From assembly GCA_010015585.1 (NCBI GenBank), contig ML975151.1: a stretch of 64,000 nucleotides of DNA, one strand, 5' to 3'. This DNA comes from Eremomyces bilateralis CBS 781.70. Its lineage: Eukaryota. The translations under genes were made by a program, and so were the position numbers. Positions within the stretch are counted from its first letter, which is position 1; every line of letters starts with the position of its first letter. Below the pieces are notes generated by a model. It searched no databases and was not told the DNA's origin. It worked only from the letters and a program-made list of their open reading frames with translations. Of the stretch, positions 24,093 through 35,621 are shown in pieces.

Positions 24093-25522
24093 ATGTCCCT
24101 CCTCAAAGTCGGCTTCGTTTCATACCGGTGCTGAGGAAGATCTTGAGAAACATGCCGCGAATATCGCCACAACCACCATCACCGACCCGAATGAGATATG
24201 GTGGGACGAGCCGGCCGATCTAGACCTGCGAACCCGATGTACTAGCCAATAGGGGTGAAATGAACCAACGTCGGCATCATTTCCGTCATGCCCTTCATCA
24301 CCCCTCTCGCCTCCTCTATATTCGCCCCCTGTGTCCCTGAAGTAATGATAGAATTCCGCTCCCCTAACCAAGCCTAGCAATATTCGTGGTGTCAGTATAC
24401 GTCCTTGGCTTTGCATTTGGGCCGGTCGTTGCGGCGCCGCTAAACGAGATATGTGGCAGACTGCCGGCATACCGAGTTAGCAGCGTGTTGTTCGTTGTGT
24501 TCTCCGTCGCTTATGCGTTGAGCACGAACATGGGCATGCTGATCGTTTTCCACTTTCTCATGGGCTGTTGCGGAGGTGTACCCTTGACCATCGGAGCGGG
24601 ATCCATTATGGACGTCATGCCCACGGAAAAGCGTGGAGGTGCTCTAGCAATCTGGATCACGGGCCCTATCATAGAGCCAGTCATCGGCCCAGTTGTTGGA
24701 GGGTTTCTTTCAGAGGCTAAGGGTTGGCGGTGGGTGTTCTGGCTCCTGACAATCGTCACTGGCGCGCTCGGATTGGTTGTATTGTTTGTTCTGAGAGAAA
24801 CATATGCACCGATCCTCCAGGGAAAGAAAGCAAAGAGACTCCGAAAGTAAACCGGCAATCCTGCTCAGCGGTCCCGCCTTGATACTGGACTGTCACGCGC
24901 CGATCTCGTGAAGCGCAGCATTTTACTGCCCACGAAGATATTCTTATTCAGGCCCGTTATGTCGGTTATGGCCGTCTACGGCATCTTGTATATCCTCTAT
25001 ACCACCTTCACCAAGAAAATGGGGACACACTCATACCGGAGCACCGAATACCCTTCTCCCATACCCTCCCCGGCTCCCCGGCGATTCCTGCTGGGCTATT
25101 CATATATGGATGGACAGTCCAACATCAAGTGCATTGGATCGTCCCAATGCTTGGTACAGCAATTACGGGCGTAGGGATTATGACGGCCTTTGTCAGTGTG
25201 ATCCGATTTTTCTATTCACATTATTTGTATGTTCAACTTCGAGCAACATCCAGCTAACGTCACCTTCCATTAGATCCCTCTCCAAGTCTACCTTGTCGAT
25301 GCGTTCACTTTGCATGCCGCAAGTGCCATCTGGGCGAGCAACATCGTCCGTTCCATTGCAGCCACCTTGCTTCGTCTGTGTGCACTACAGATGTACGATG
25401 CATTAGAGCTGGGTTGGGGCAACTCGTTGCTTGGATTTATGGCGTTGATACTTGTGCCTGTGCCCGTCATCTTCCGAAAATACGGGCCGTACCTACGAGA
25501 ACAGTATCCATTGTCGCTGTAG
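24093..25522 (+). pseudogene. DHA1-type MFS transporter pseudogene
   Basis: Recognisable segments: DPNEIWWDEP, ITPLASSIFAP, VSVYVLGFAFGP..APL.E..GR, GPVVGGFL...GWRWVFW, ETYAP, PAGLFIYGWT....HWIVP and LGWGNSLLGF. These are broken by frameshifts (~24226, ~24372, ~25012), stops at 24243, 24261 and 24848, and an apparent internal deletion near 25012. The 5' limit is approximate. Confidence 0.85.
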
Positions 25523-26342
25523 GATTGAGTTTTAAAGTTCCATCGATTATTTGTCGACCTAGTCTCAAAAAGGTCGCATATCAAATCAACACCCCATCCA
25601 TAGCGAGCCGGGTAGAGTGACAGGCGTGCTTGATACCTATTCTATACAACTTATGAAATTGATTTCTCTACAATATCAACCACGTATTCTACATCCTTTT
25701 CATAGTACTCTAAATTCCAGCAGGGGCCTGGATGTGGCCGAGGTTTGCGAACCGGTTGGATTCCAATTCCTCCCGGACAGTTCCCAATCTCGAACATCAC
25801 CTGTGAATGTCGCCACTATCTATCGTATTCATGCGAGGGACAGAGGGAATGCCCCGAATGCCATTCGACAGTCAACTTGGGCTTCGCTATTAATATCTTT
25901 GTTTCTATCTCCCTTACACTCATTGGCGATCACTCTACGATGCGGACAGGTGCCCTCCCCCTCGTCCTCCGGATTCCACGAATCCAGAACATGGCCACGG
26001 CTGTGCCCAGCCTTAGCAAAGTCAAATGACGAGATGGATACGAGACCATGTAAATGCCTAGGTATACAAGTAAATGTAACCTCTCTGAATTCTTCTTTGG
26101 TCTTTTCGGCAGCTTTCCTCCCGTTGCTTGTCATTTGTGTCATCGGTCCACTCTTACTACCGTACCACATAAGCATACGGCTAGATGCGTTCATGATTTG
26201 TCAATGACACTACAATACTACGAATCTACGATATTCTTGTATACCTTCGTTATATTGTTCTTTGAAGATGCGGAACTTTTACCCCTGCGCAGCTTCCTCT
26301 TCATTGCCGGTATTCTTCAAGTTCATCCATCCCATCTGAGCC

Positions 26343-27741
26343 ATGTATGGGCGATTGCAATTTGTTTCACCAACCAGAATATGGAGCCTCTGTCTTATCT
26401 TCCCGTTGCTGGCGACCGTCTATCTCTTCTCTACCTCAGGAACCCATTGGTCGGGGGTAGCGAAATCGACCGACCCTTTACTCGGTGCTAGTGGGCAGAA
26501 AAGCCAGCCACGTCCACCAAATCCGCCGAAAGATGACTACTGCGATCGATTCCCAGATCCAGGAAATGTGGTGATATCAGTCCGGACGGGCGCTACGGAG
26601 GCTATGGATAAGCTGCCGACCATTCTTACGACCTATCTCCAGTGCGCCAAACATGTCATTCTGTTCTCCGACATGGAGCAGTGGATCATGGGACAGCACG
26701 TCCACGATGCATTAGAACGAGTTGCACCGTCGATTAGAGACAGCCGCCCGGAGTTCGAGCTCTATAGGAAGCAACAGGAGCTCAAACGCCAGAATCGGAT
26801 GCATGAGATTCCTTCGCTTCGGGATATGAAGGAGGGAGATAAATCGGCTGCCTGGATATTGGACAAATATAAACATCTACACACGATCCAACGAACATGG
26901 GAATTATATCCTGATATGGATTGGTATGTCTTCCTTGAGGCCGATACATACTTGGTCTGGGCGAATCTCCTGGCCTATCTATCCACTCTGGACGCGACGA
27001 AAACCACCTACTTCGGATCACTGTCGCTAATCAATGACCTTGGTTTTGCACACGGCGGTAGCGGATACTTCTTTTCCAAACCGACCATTAGCAACTTAAC
27101 AGTCGACCACCCCGGAGCTGCCGCCGAATGGGATCAGAAGCTGTCCGACGAATGTTGTGGAGACTTTACAGCATCTCGAGCATTCGCGGATGTGGGTATC
27201 GAGCTGAAGAGCGTCTGGCCCATCATCCAAGGAGAAAGCTTAGATACCATACCTTTCGGACCAGACTACTGGTGTAAGCCGGTAGTCACGATGCATCACG
27301 TTCAACCAACCGAGGCAAGGAAACTCTATGATTTTGAGCGGCATAGAGCTCACTATAAGGTGCGTATCATCGCACCCATCCTACTCGCATGGACAATAAC
27401 ACAAACTTAAATAGAAGCCCCTCAGTTTTTCGGAGCTATTCACTGATTTAGAGTTTCCGGTTATAATCTCATCACGCGAAGATTGGGACAATCTATCAGA
27501 AAACAAAGAATTTACGACCGATACACTTGAAGCATGCCGCGCGGCATGTCATGACGCAGACGATTGTTTCCAGTTTCACTTCAATGGCGAGCTATGCAGA
27601 CTTCACGACAGGATCCGAATGGGCACACGCAAAGATCCGGAAGGCGAAAAGCGCTGGACGAGTGAGTGGCGGGTCGATAAAATCAACAAATGGGTCAAAA
27701 ATAACTTGCCATGCAAGATGAAGAAGCCATGGGAGACGTGA
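26343..27741 (+). CDS. Glycosyltransferase family 31 protein
   Basis: N-terminal signal anchor, then VRTGATEA, FSD, AWILDKYK, WYVFLEADTY, FAHGGSGY, CCGD and WCKPVVTMHH. Intron 27360-27414 precedes a Cys-containing C-terminal exon (REDWDNLS...CRAAC...CFQF). Confidence 0.88.
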
Positions 27742-29977
27742 AATATCGTTGGTAAAGACTGTGGCATGGCCCGTTATTTTGAGTCAGAATAGACCGGTAA
27801 AGCATTGAATGGGGATAAAGGGGCAAACATTTCGAGGTATGGCACCCTTTATCCGTTAAAATCCTTTGTTGACAGATGATTTTTTGTCCATTCAGTTGGG
27901 TCTCACAATATCATTGTCCTAATATTCTTTCAGTGCTCAATCCTCGGTTCGAGGAGACCGCTCCCACCCATTGTCCATAGTCCTATATTGTTACGCCTAC
28001 AGTTCCAGCTCTTTAACCCGGACCACAAGTCTCGCGCAACATAAGTACCGACCAGGCGTCAAGGTGGTCTTTAATACTTCAGAGCACTCCCAACACTGAG
28101 TTTTACCCAACTGCAATCCGAACTTCAAAGCCAAGATGCCGACTGGGTGGGCTCGCGACTGGTCCTTCGAGACCGCTAGCCGGACTCATAAAACCCCCGA
28201 CCACCCCAATTGACACACACAAGGGCAAAGGCCCTGACAAGTCGCCAAGGCGACGATCAACCAGATCAGATGTGGGCAACAACCTGGCTCCGCAGACGCT
28301 CAGCCTCCGTGTCAGCGATCGCAATCGCTACCAGTATCAGTGGTTCAAAACGCTCACATCTGGCTACCAACGGCGCCAACGCCGTCCCCAAGTGAAATCT
28401 TGACGATAATCGGGGACCAGTGACAATTCGAGTCTGATGAGGAGTGGAGTGGTCACGAAGTGCGTCCGAATCTTGGGATTGGGCATTATCGTGGACCCTG
28501 GACCAATCTGGCTCTTCCGAACGGAGGCCTTCAATAGGCGCAACCACATGCAGAGCAGAAGCCCGCATGCCTTGGTTCCTTCCCTCTAGTTTAGGATAGG
28601 GGAAGAAAAATGGGGACCGGTGGATGTGATTTTTTACCCTTAGAATAGCCATCCAGGCTGGTGGATCTTGACCACGGCCAGTATCTCTGCAAACGAGACT
28701 GAACTGGTGGTGGATATCTGCTTTCAACCCCGGGAGTTTGCGGTTTGCGGAAGCTCCTTTTAAGACCTTGCGAGAGCTAAGTCCTTTCCAAGCGTGTGAA
28801 ACCGTCTCTGCTATAGCACACTTAGGACGCTCTCTGCGCACATCCTGAGACTCAAAAAAGGGATTTCGAGTACTGACTTGTGCAAATATTTCATCGTAGA
28901 AGGCTTCCATATCTCCAAAGTGATAATTCTATGCCATTGTTGGAGAGCAGGAAGCATACACTCCGCTTGTAGCGAGAGCCATATTTCATGCTTCAATCAG
29001 TTCTATCGAGCCCCTTTCCTGCCCCACCTCTGTCAAAAAATTGGACCCTGTGCCGAAGTCACTACAGTTATGCAGAATAGGCTGAAGCCGTCGACGCTCG
29101 ATGCCAGCAAAGAATTCTTCTAACGACGGAGGTTGCTAGGCAGACTGTAGAGGGGATTAGAAGGCTCTCTGGATTCTAGATTAAATAGCTTCATTATATT
29201 TCAGCATAATGGCGGAGAATAAACGGGCTTACGGAGATTGGGAACTACATTAAGTTATCGTTTGGACCGCATTATCGTTTAGAGTGTCGGCGACTACCTC
29301 TACGGTTAGCATTTAGAAATGGTACTTACGACTTACGCGGATTATGGATCATACCTTCACCAGAATGTGCCTGTTGAGATTGCTTAGAGCCACATTACCT
29401 CCAGATAGCCCCTGAGCGGCGGAGACAGTCTTTTCGACTCTCTTCCCAGGTCCCTGTTGTTTAAATCCAATCATCGGTTTATACCATTGATGCTGCGCTC
29501 CTCGGAAAAAAGCGAGTGTAACATCCATATTTTGTTGACGATTCGAACTGAAGCATAAGGCCGAGGAGGAATAATCTTCGTTGCATAGTAGTCGTGATCG
29601 AAACAGATCAGTGGTTGGTCTCTTAAAAAGGAGGCTTTGGAGGTCGGTGATCCAGGGCAACGCCACATGGGAAACATGGGTCAAGGAAGGGGACAAGAGT
29701 CAGGACGTCCGGGCCAAAATGGCATGCATACGATTACGGGCTACTGCTTACTACGTACTTAGGGACTAGGGACAGACATGGTGTCAGGCGTGCTCAACTT
29801 TCAGGAAATAATTGGAGAGTTAATTCGACTTCTTGATATAGGCTATCTTCCCAAGCGGTCCGATCTTCTAACCTTAATGCGCATTTCTCTAGTTATATTA
29901 CATTTTGCATGATCAATTGATCGTTGGTCGTCCACGATCAATGATCTGTGACTGACACGTCACTGTCAAATGTCAAT

Positions 29978-31046
29978 ATGTCCGATGATTTCTTCAACTC
30001 TTTTGATCCGCGAGCAACGAATCGAGAACATGAGACAAAAGCTCCCATTATCGTAGCGGTCCACACTAGCCTGCTGGTTATCGCGCTTATTTTGTACATC
30101 TGCCGCATGGTCTCCAGGTCGCGACCAACTTTCAACCTCCACTGGGATGATTATCTGATCACCATTGCGATGGTAAGCTTCAGTTTGGACACAGTATGTT
30201 GCAGAAATAGGACTATGTCTAAAGGTCCTGGTTCTAATAAGCTATTCGATCATGATATACACCATTACGCTTGGCTATGGACGACGTTTCGAATTAATCA
30301 CTGATGGGACCCAGTACGTCAAGATGATTTGGGTCACTCAGGTCCTTTGGCAATGGGGATTGACTTTCATCAAGCTCTCCGTTGCAGCAATGCTTCTTCG
30401 GATTCAAAGGGCTACTGTCTGGAGAATTGGCATGAGTGCATGCATAGTATACCTCGTCGTATTTGCCGTCGTCACGATGTCCTTACAGTTGACTGAGTGC
30501 AAACCACTTGAGTTCTATTGGAACAAATCGATCATCCAAGGAACTTGCCGGTCTCGACACGACGTCTGGAAGGCGATCTTGGCGACGTCGATTGCCATCA
30601 TATTTTCCGACGTCCTATTTTCGCTCCTCCCTCTCACCTTCATCTTTTTACTCAACCGCCCTCTACGAGACAAGTTAGTTCTCGCCTTTCTCATGGGTCT
30701 GGGGCTACTCTGTGCAGTTGCTGGTATCCGGAAGTTGTTCTTCATCTCGGTTGTCCAACCCCAGCAGGATATGGCATGGGACGCGGTCGAGATGGGATTG
30801 TGGGCTTCCGCCGAATCATATATCGGCATCATGGCCGCGTGTATCCCCTGCCTTCGTGCGATGTTCGAGAACGGACTCAAGAAAATGGGCATATCTCTCA
30901 CATCACCCCGGGCGACACAGCGAAGCACCATCGGTGGAACAAAGCCGTCAGGACGGTTCGCACTGACTTGGGACACCACTGAAAGATACTGTACATATCT
31001 TATCCATTATAAAATTCTACTTCCGTCCGAGCAACACATCTCCTAG
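29978..31046 (+). CDS. PTH11-like integral membrane protein (fungal rhodopsin-like domain, no CFEM)
   Basis: LHWDDYLITIAM, intron 30173-30224, then GYGR, FIKLSV, LTECKPLEFYWN..I.GTC, DVLFSLLP, LMGLG and WASAESYIGIMAACIPCLR. Confidence 0.88.
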
Positions 31047-31068
31047 TCCTCAGCAACTTGGCTATCCA

Positions 31069-31606
31069 TTACTTCATCCCAGAGGTTCCTCCACTCTTCT
31101 CGCCGCCAGAAACCGGCCCCTTAGTGAAACTAATACCTGTCAGCGACATGTATTTACCGGGACATAACCCACATCGGTTGTCTACTCACTTATCCCACAT
31201 CTTCCCAATCGATCCCCGCCTCGTCCTTTGATCTTCGATACTCGCTCGTCGCTGGGCAGCGTTCATATTGTTGGGGTCCCGCTTCTCGGCTTGGAGGCTG
31301 GCGAACGGAACCATGCCGCCGAATCCGGTGGCTCCGGAGGACTGCGGGAATAGGTTGTTAATTTTGGATTCACGACAAAGCCCAGACTGGGCTACAGCGT
31401 AAGGTGCTCACTCTGCGTCCCTCCCCTGTGCCGCTACCGCTACCCGGATTGAACTGCTGGCCGGACAGCTGGCTGGTATGGTCGGCTTCTTGCTTCAGCA
31501 TGTTGACATTGGTATCGCTCGTTGGGTTGAGCGCCTCCTTGAATTTGTCGGCCGAAAAGCCCTTTTTGCTGTTTGTGTGCGGTGAGCTTTGAAACCAGGA
31601 AGACAT
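31069..31606 (-). CDS. Small hydrophilic fungal protein of unknown function
   Basis: Three exons, with introns 31342-31411 and 31130-31189. The spliced protein ends ...GRRSSG...FASLQAEKRDPNNMNAAQRRASIEDQRTRRGSIGKMWDNFTKG...*. It contains three RRxS motifs. Confidence 0.8.
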
Positions 31607-32314
31607 GATGTGTTTGATTATTCAGTATTGTCAAATGTGATAGGAATATTAGTGAACGAAGGAATGATGCAGCGAGACCTATACCATATATGATCCGAGA
31701 TCGTGGCCAATTTATTGGGGGTGGTCTAAACGTTGGCGAATCCCTGGGCTCTCGGTCATCATGCTAGTATTCTCTCACCTGATGATTAGAGACTACCAAT
31801 CGGACTTTATTCCTGGCCTGTGTACTGACAGGTTTCTGGTTAAGGGACACAAATCAACCAGTCGAGATGCGTGAATTTAGGGGTCATGATGTATGTTGTT
31901 CAGTTCCCTTGAAATATGACGAAATGGAAACAAGGATGAAGGAGGTCAAATTAAGCCGCTCCTAATTGGCGATTTCTCCATGCATCTAACCGCTTAGGGA
32001 TTAGTGCAGTGGAACAGTTCCTTGAGCCACTCGAGGTTCGATATCGGATCGAAAGGGTCTGGGGAGAGGACCCTGAAATAGAGCATTGGGAAAAGCATGG
32101 ATCAGGATGCCACAGAGGATAAGTAGATTTCATTCCATGTCACCACGACGGACTTATAATCCCATGGCTCACCGAAGTCTATTATGATACAAGCATGTTA
32201 AGCCCCCTCCACCAAATATAATCAAATATAATCAAATACGCATGCTCAAACCGAAGAGCTATCTGGTCGCTGGAACGCGATATGGGCTTCTGGCATATCT
32301 ATATTTTGCTGAAC

Positions 32315-33710
32315 TAAGGCATTACCCTTCTCGTCCTTCCGTGCCTACACAGATTAGTAAAGTCTCCTGCTAACGACCATGATCCACCCACTGCATATCT
32401 CTTTCTTAGCTTCTAAAGAACATTGACCACCAGAAGCACCCCAGTAGTAAATGGGATCAACTGCCCGGTTGTCTTTATCTCGAATACACCAGTCACATTG
32501 TTCCATTTCAACGCGAGCTCCACGAAGAGTATCGTGGAAACGGCAGTGAGGAAGCCGTTGATAATCATACCCCTGATAGTTCAGATCAGCCAAATGCGGA
32601 GCTAAAGATTACAAGTGCAGGTCTTACGGCTTTGCCCCAGGACTCTTCGGCTTCCTTCGACTCTTCGTCCCTACTCCTGAACAAGGCCATCAGCCCCCGG
32701 GCGATGCCGGCGATGATGTAGCTCACGAAAATAATAAGTGCGATACGTGTAAACAACATAGCCGCATTAAGCGCCCGATAAACTCGACCGTGCGGTTCCT
32801 TCATCAATGCAAAAACAAAAGCAAGGGCAGGGTGGGATATAAGCCAGAACGTCAGAGCCAGCATCGCAGCACTGCCGGTATGAAAATTGCCGGGTCCAAT
32901 TCGAGTAAAGGAAAAAAATGATGTGCCTGAAGGAGTAGCATTGAAGTCCACGTCGCCAGTCGTTGCTAGGCGGAACGAAAACCATAGTACGAGGGGGATG
33001 ATAAATAAATAGTGAACCAATTGAGCGAAATGCACGCCCCTAACCTTGTCATCAGTTGCTAGCAAAAGATTTGAGTCGCTAAAAATGACGATGTTGAATC
33101 CTCCAAAAAGTAAAGGAAGTAGGATGATTACTTCCGCAGTGTATGTGCACCCATCCCCAAAGATGAGACCGAGTAAAGCGGCCAGGAGAGCCACGGTGAA
33201 TGCAGCATATGTCACCGAGAGGTAGCGCCGTTCAGTTGGCAAGGCGGATGCAACGATCGAACACAGCTAGTGGAGGTAAAGACCGATTCGAATGCCCAAC
33301 CCATAAGAATCCGGGTCCCCTGGAAACCGACGTCGAGGCTCCTGTTCGCGCATTGTGCTGGATCGGAGTGCTTCCGGTTTGCGAGGAGGATTAGACAAGT
33401 GATGAGCGCTGTAGGAGGACCTATTAATAGCAGAATAACAGTAATCCAACCACGTAACTGGCGGTCCTCCCGGGTTCCTTGGCGCCTGATCACGTTCGTT
33501 TCTGTGGATGATTCTTCAATTTTTTCCGCCGGTTCCAAACGATCAAGAGAGCCCATGACGTTGGCCACCAGGATAGGGAGTGGAAGGATAAGACTCGTCT
33601 ATATGGAGAAGTATGGAGGCTTCACGGAAAACGAGTTGAGATATGGACGCGATTCTCGATGTTGGCGTATCAGACTCGGGCGGGCTGGTCACAGTGGCGC
33701 GGCTCTCCAT
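32315..33710 (-). pseudogene. Pseudogene of an uncharacterised fungal multi-pass membrane protein
   Basis: Family-typical blocks GDPDSYGLGIRIGLYLH(W) and VELALKWNNVTGVFEIKTTGQLIPF. Both nearby Trp positions are TAG (33267-33269 and 32413-32415), and the pieces lie in different frames. Ends are approximate. Confidence 0.72.
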
Positions 33711-34221
33711 GCTGCTCCACGCACTGTAGTCATTGTCGTGGCGGATGAAAATAGCATGTCGAGACACAGGATGGGAAGATGGACTAAGCTGGAGTTGATG
33801 CGCAGCGCATGACTCGTGCTGAAGTGCAAGTGTAAACATATTGAGGGCCCATGACATGACTCGCTGTGTATATATGCAATCAAATGCTCTTTTGACCATC
33901 AATACAGGTACAATAACATTGGGTACAATGACATGAAAATACATATATTTACAACAGGGGAAACCATCTAGCCCTGTCCCCGCCGTAGACGCCATTCGCT
34001 ATGCACTAAGGTAGCTGACGAAGCGACGTGCCGGGTAACATCCTTCAACACTTTGATCTTCCATGTTGCTCCTATGGATGTCGAGGCACGACTGATTCTT
34101 ACGTCTTGTCGAACATCGACCTGAAGACCGCCCTCATCGCCCACCATGTAGGAGACTAAACCGTCGGAACTCTCAATCTTCAACACCGCTTCAATATAAT
34201 GCGTACTCCACCAAATCAAGG

Positions 34222-34957
34222 TCAAACTTGCCCGTCAATAGCCGCCTTCACAAATCGATCCGCGTCAAGCTCCCGTCCACTCTCACCCGTGATCTTCTCC
34301 CTCCGCTCGGCACTCATCTCCGTCTTCGCCTGTTCCCCGCTCTTCTTCTCGTCCTCCGCGCAGCCGCAATCGTAGAAGTCGCCGATATTGTTGCAGTCGA
34401 ACATCGGCTTTTGTAATCGATCGTTTACCTGATTGTGGATGTGGCAACCCCAGCCAGCGACGGCGTTGCGGGAGGAGACTTGCGGGGGGAATTTCTGGAG
34501 GAGTTTGCCGAAATGTTCGGCACAGTCGCCGCTGTAGAGATGGAGCATTAGCACAGGTCGCAAAATCTTAAAGCCAGGCACGATCTGTAGATAGAACCTA
34601 CCATGGATATACCCGTTGAAACAAATGGATATACGTCTTCAACGCCTGACTCTCCTCTTTCGTCGGCTTCTCCGGAAACCTCGCAAACGTCGTGTGCAGA
34701 ACGCGCCATGCCGCGCGCCCCAGCTCGGCCTTCACCGTCTCGTTCCCCAATTTCGGTGCGATTGCATGTCCCGTCAGCAGGCCTCTATCCGCGCTGCCAC
34801 CTGGCGATCCATGTTCCCCATCCTTTGCCGGTCGGATTTTCAACGGTTCCCGTAGTTGTTCGGCTCGTGGATGTTGTGAGGTGAAGAGGAGGATGGCGAG
34901 GAAGAAGACAACGAAGACAACGAGGAAGAGGAAGCGGCGGGCGACGCCGCTCGGCAT
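34222..34957 (-). CDS. ERV2: FAD-linked sulfhydryl oxidase (Erv2-type, ER)
   Basis: N-terminal membrane anchor, then KLGNETVKAELGRAAW. The redox motif YPC|GDC forms across intron 34532-34601; CHIHNQVN and YDCGC follow. The 3' end may extend to 34134 through a GC-AG intron. Confidence 0.94.
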
Positions 34958-35467
34958 TGTGGTGGGTTGTTGGAGTCTGGGACGGTGTGTACCAGTATAA
35001 CATGTATGTCGATACCCGGGAGGCGCCGTGGATACAAGGAGCTTGTGCGACGGCCCAGGTATCGGTCTTGGATCGTGATGAGGGAGCACGATGAGAAATG
35101 CTTTCAAAGATTATCTGGACAGCTGTGCTTATTGAACAACAGATTCGATATGGGATTGTCTCCACTGGTACACCAAACTTTGGAGGGCAGCTGCACACAG
35201 TCAGGGAACAAAGAGCATACGGTACTCTAAGTTAAGAACTCCTTCTCTTCCTCCAATACGGATGACAATCTGACAGGATGCAACACCGCAGACTTCGGGT
35301 ATATATCTCCTGATGATCGACACAGGATTGGGGATTTCCGAAGCTCTTAATGAGCGTTATATCATTGGCTAAATTCACGATATCCCAGCTCGCCCCTGCA
35401 GCTCACCATCGCCGCCAGGAATAGGCGTAAGATGCCGCCCCGCCCCGCCCCCAAAAATCTGGCCTGG

Positions 35468-35477
35468 CCGATGTCGG
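35468..35477. promoter_or_regulatory. Putative Leu3/LeuB binding site (CCG-N4-CGG)
   Basis: CCGATGTCGG lies ~145 bp upstream of the BCAT start codon. Confidence 0.45.
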
Positions 35478-35621
35478 TTAACTTTTGGCGGGGAGTGAAA
35501 TGATGAGTAACGGAAGTTGGACCATCGTATATGAACGCCTTCGAGTCCTACTCTAGTATATCAGCTCTTGAGAATCTCCAAAGAATCCTTGTGAGTGCTA
35601 CGATAGAAGATTTAAGACGCA

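Noticed and set aside
32211..32238. Short tandem repeats here (10 bp x3) and at ~8650, ~36970 and ~52910-52965
   Set aside because: Ordinary slippage repeats with no spacers or associated genes; not CRISPR-like.
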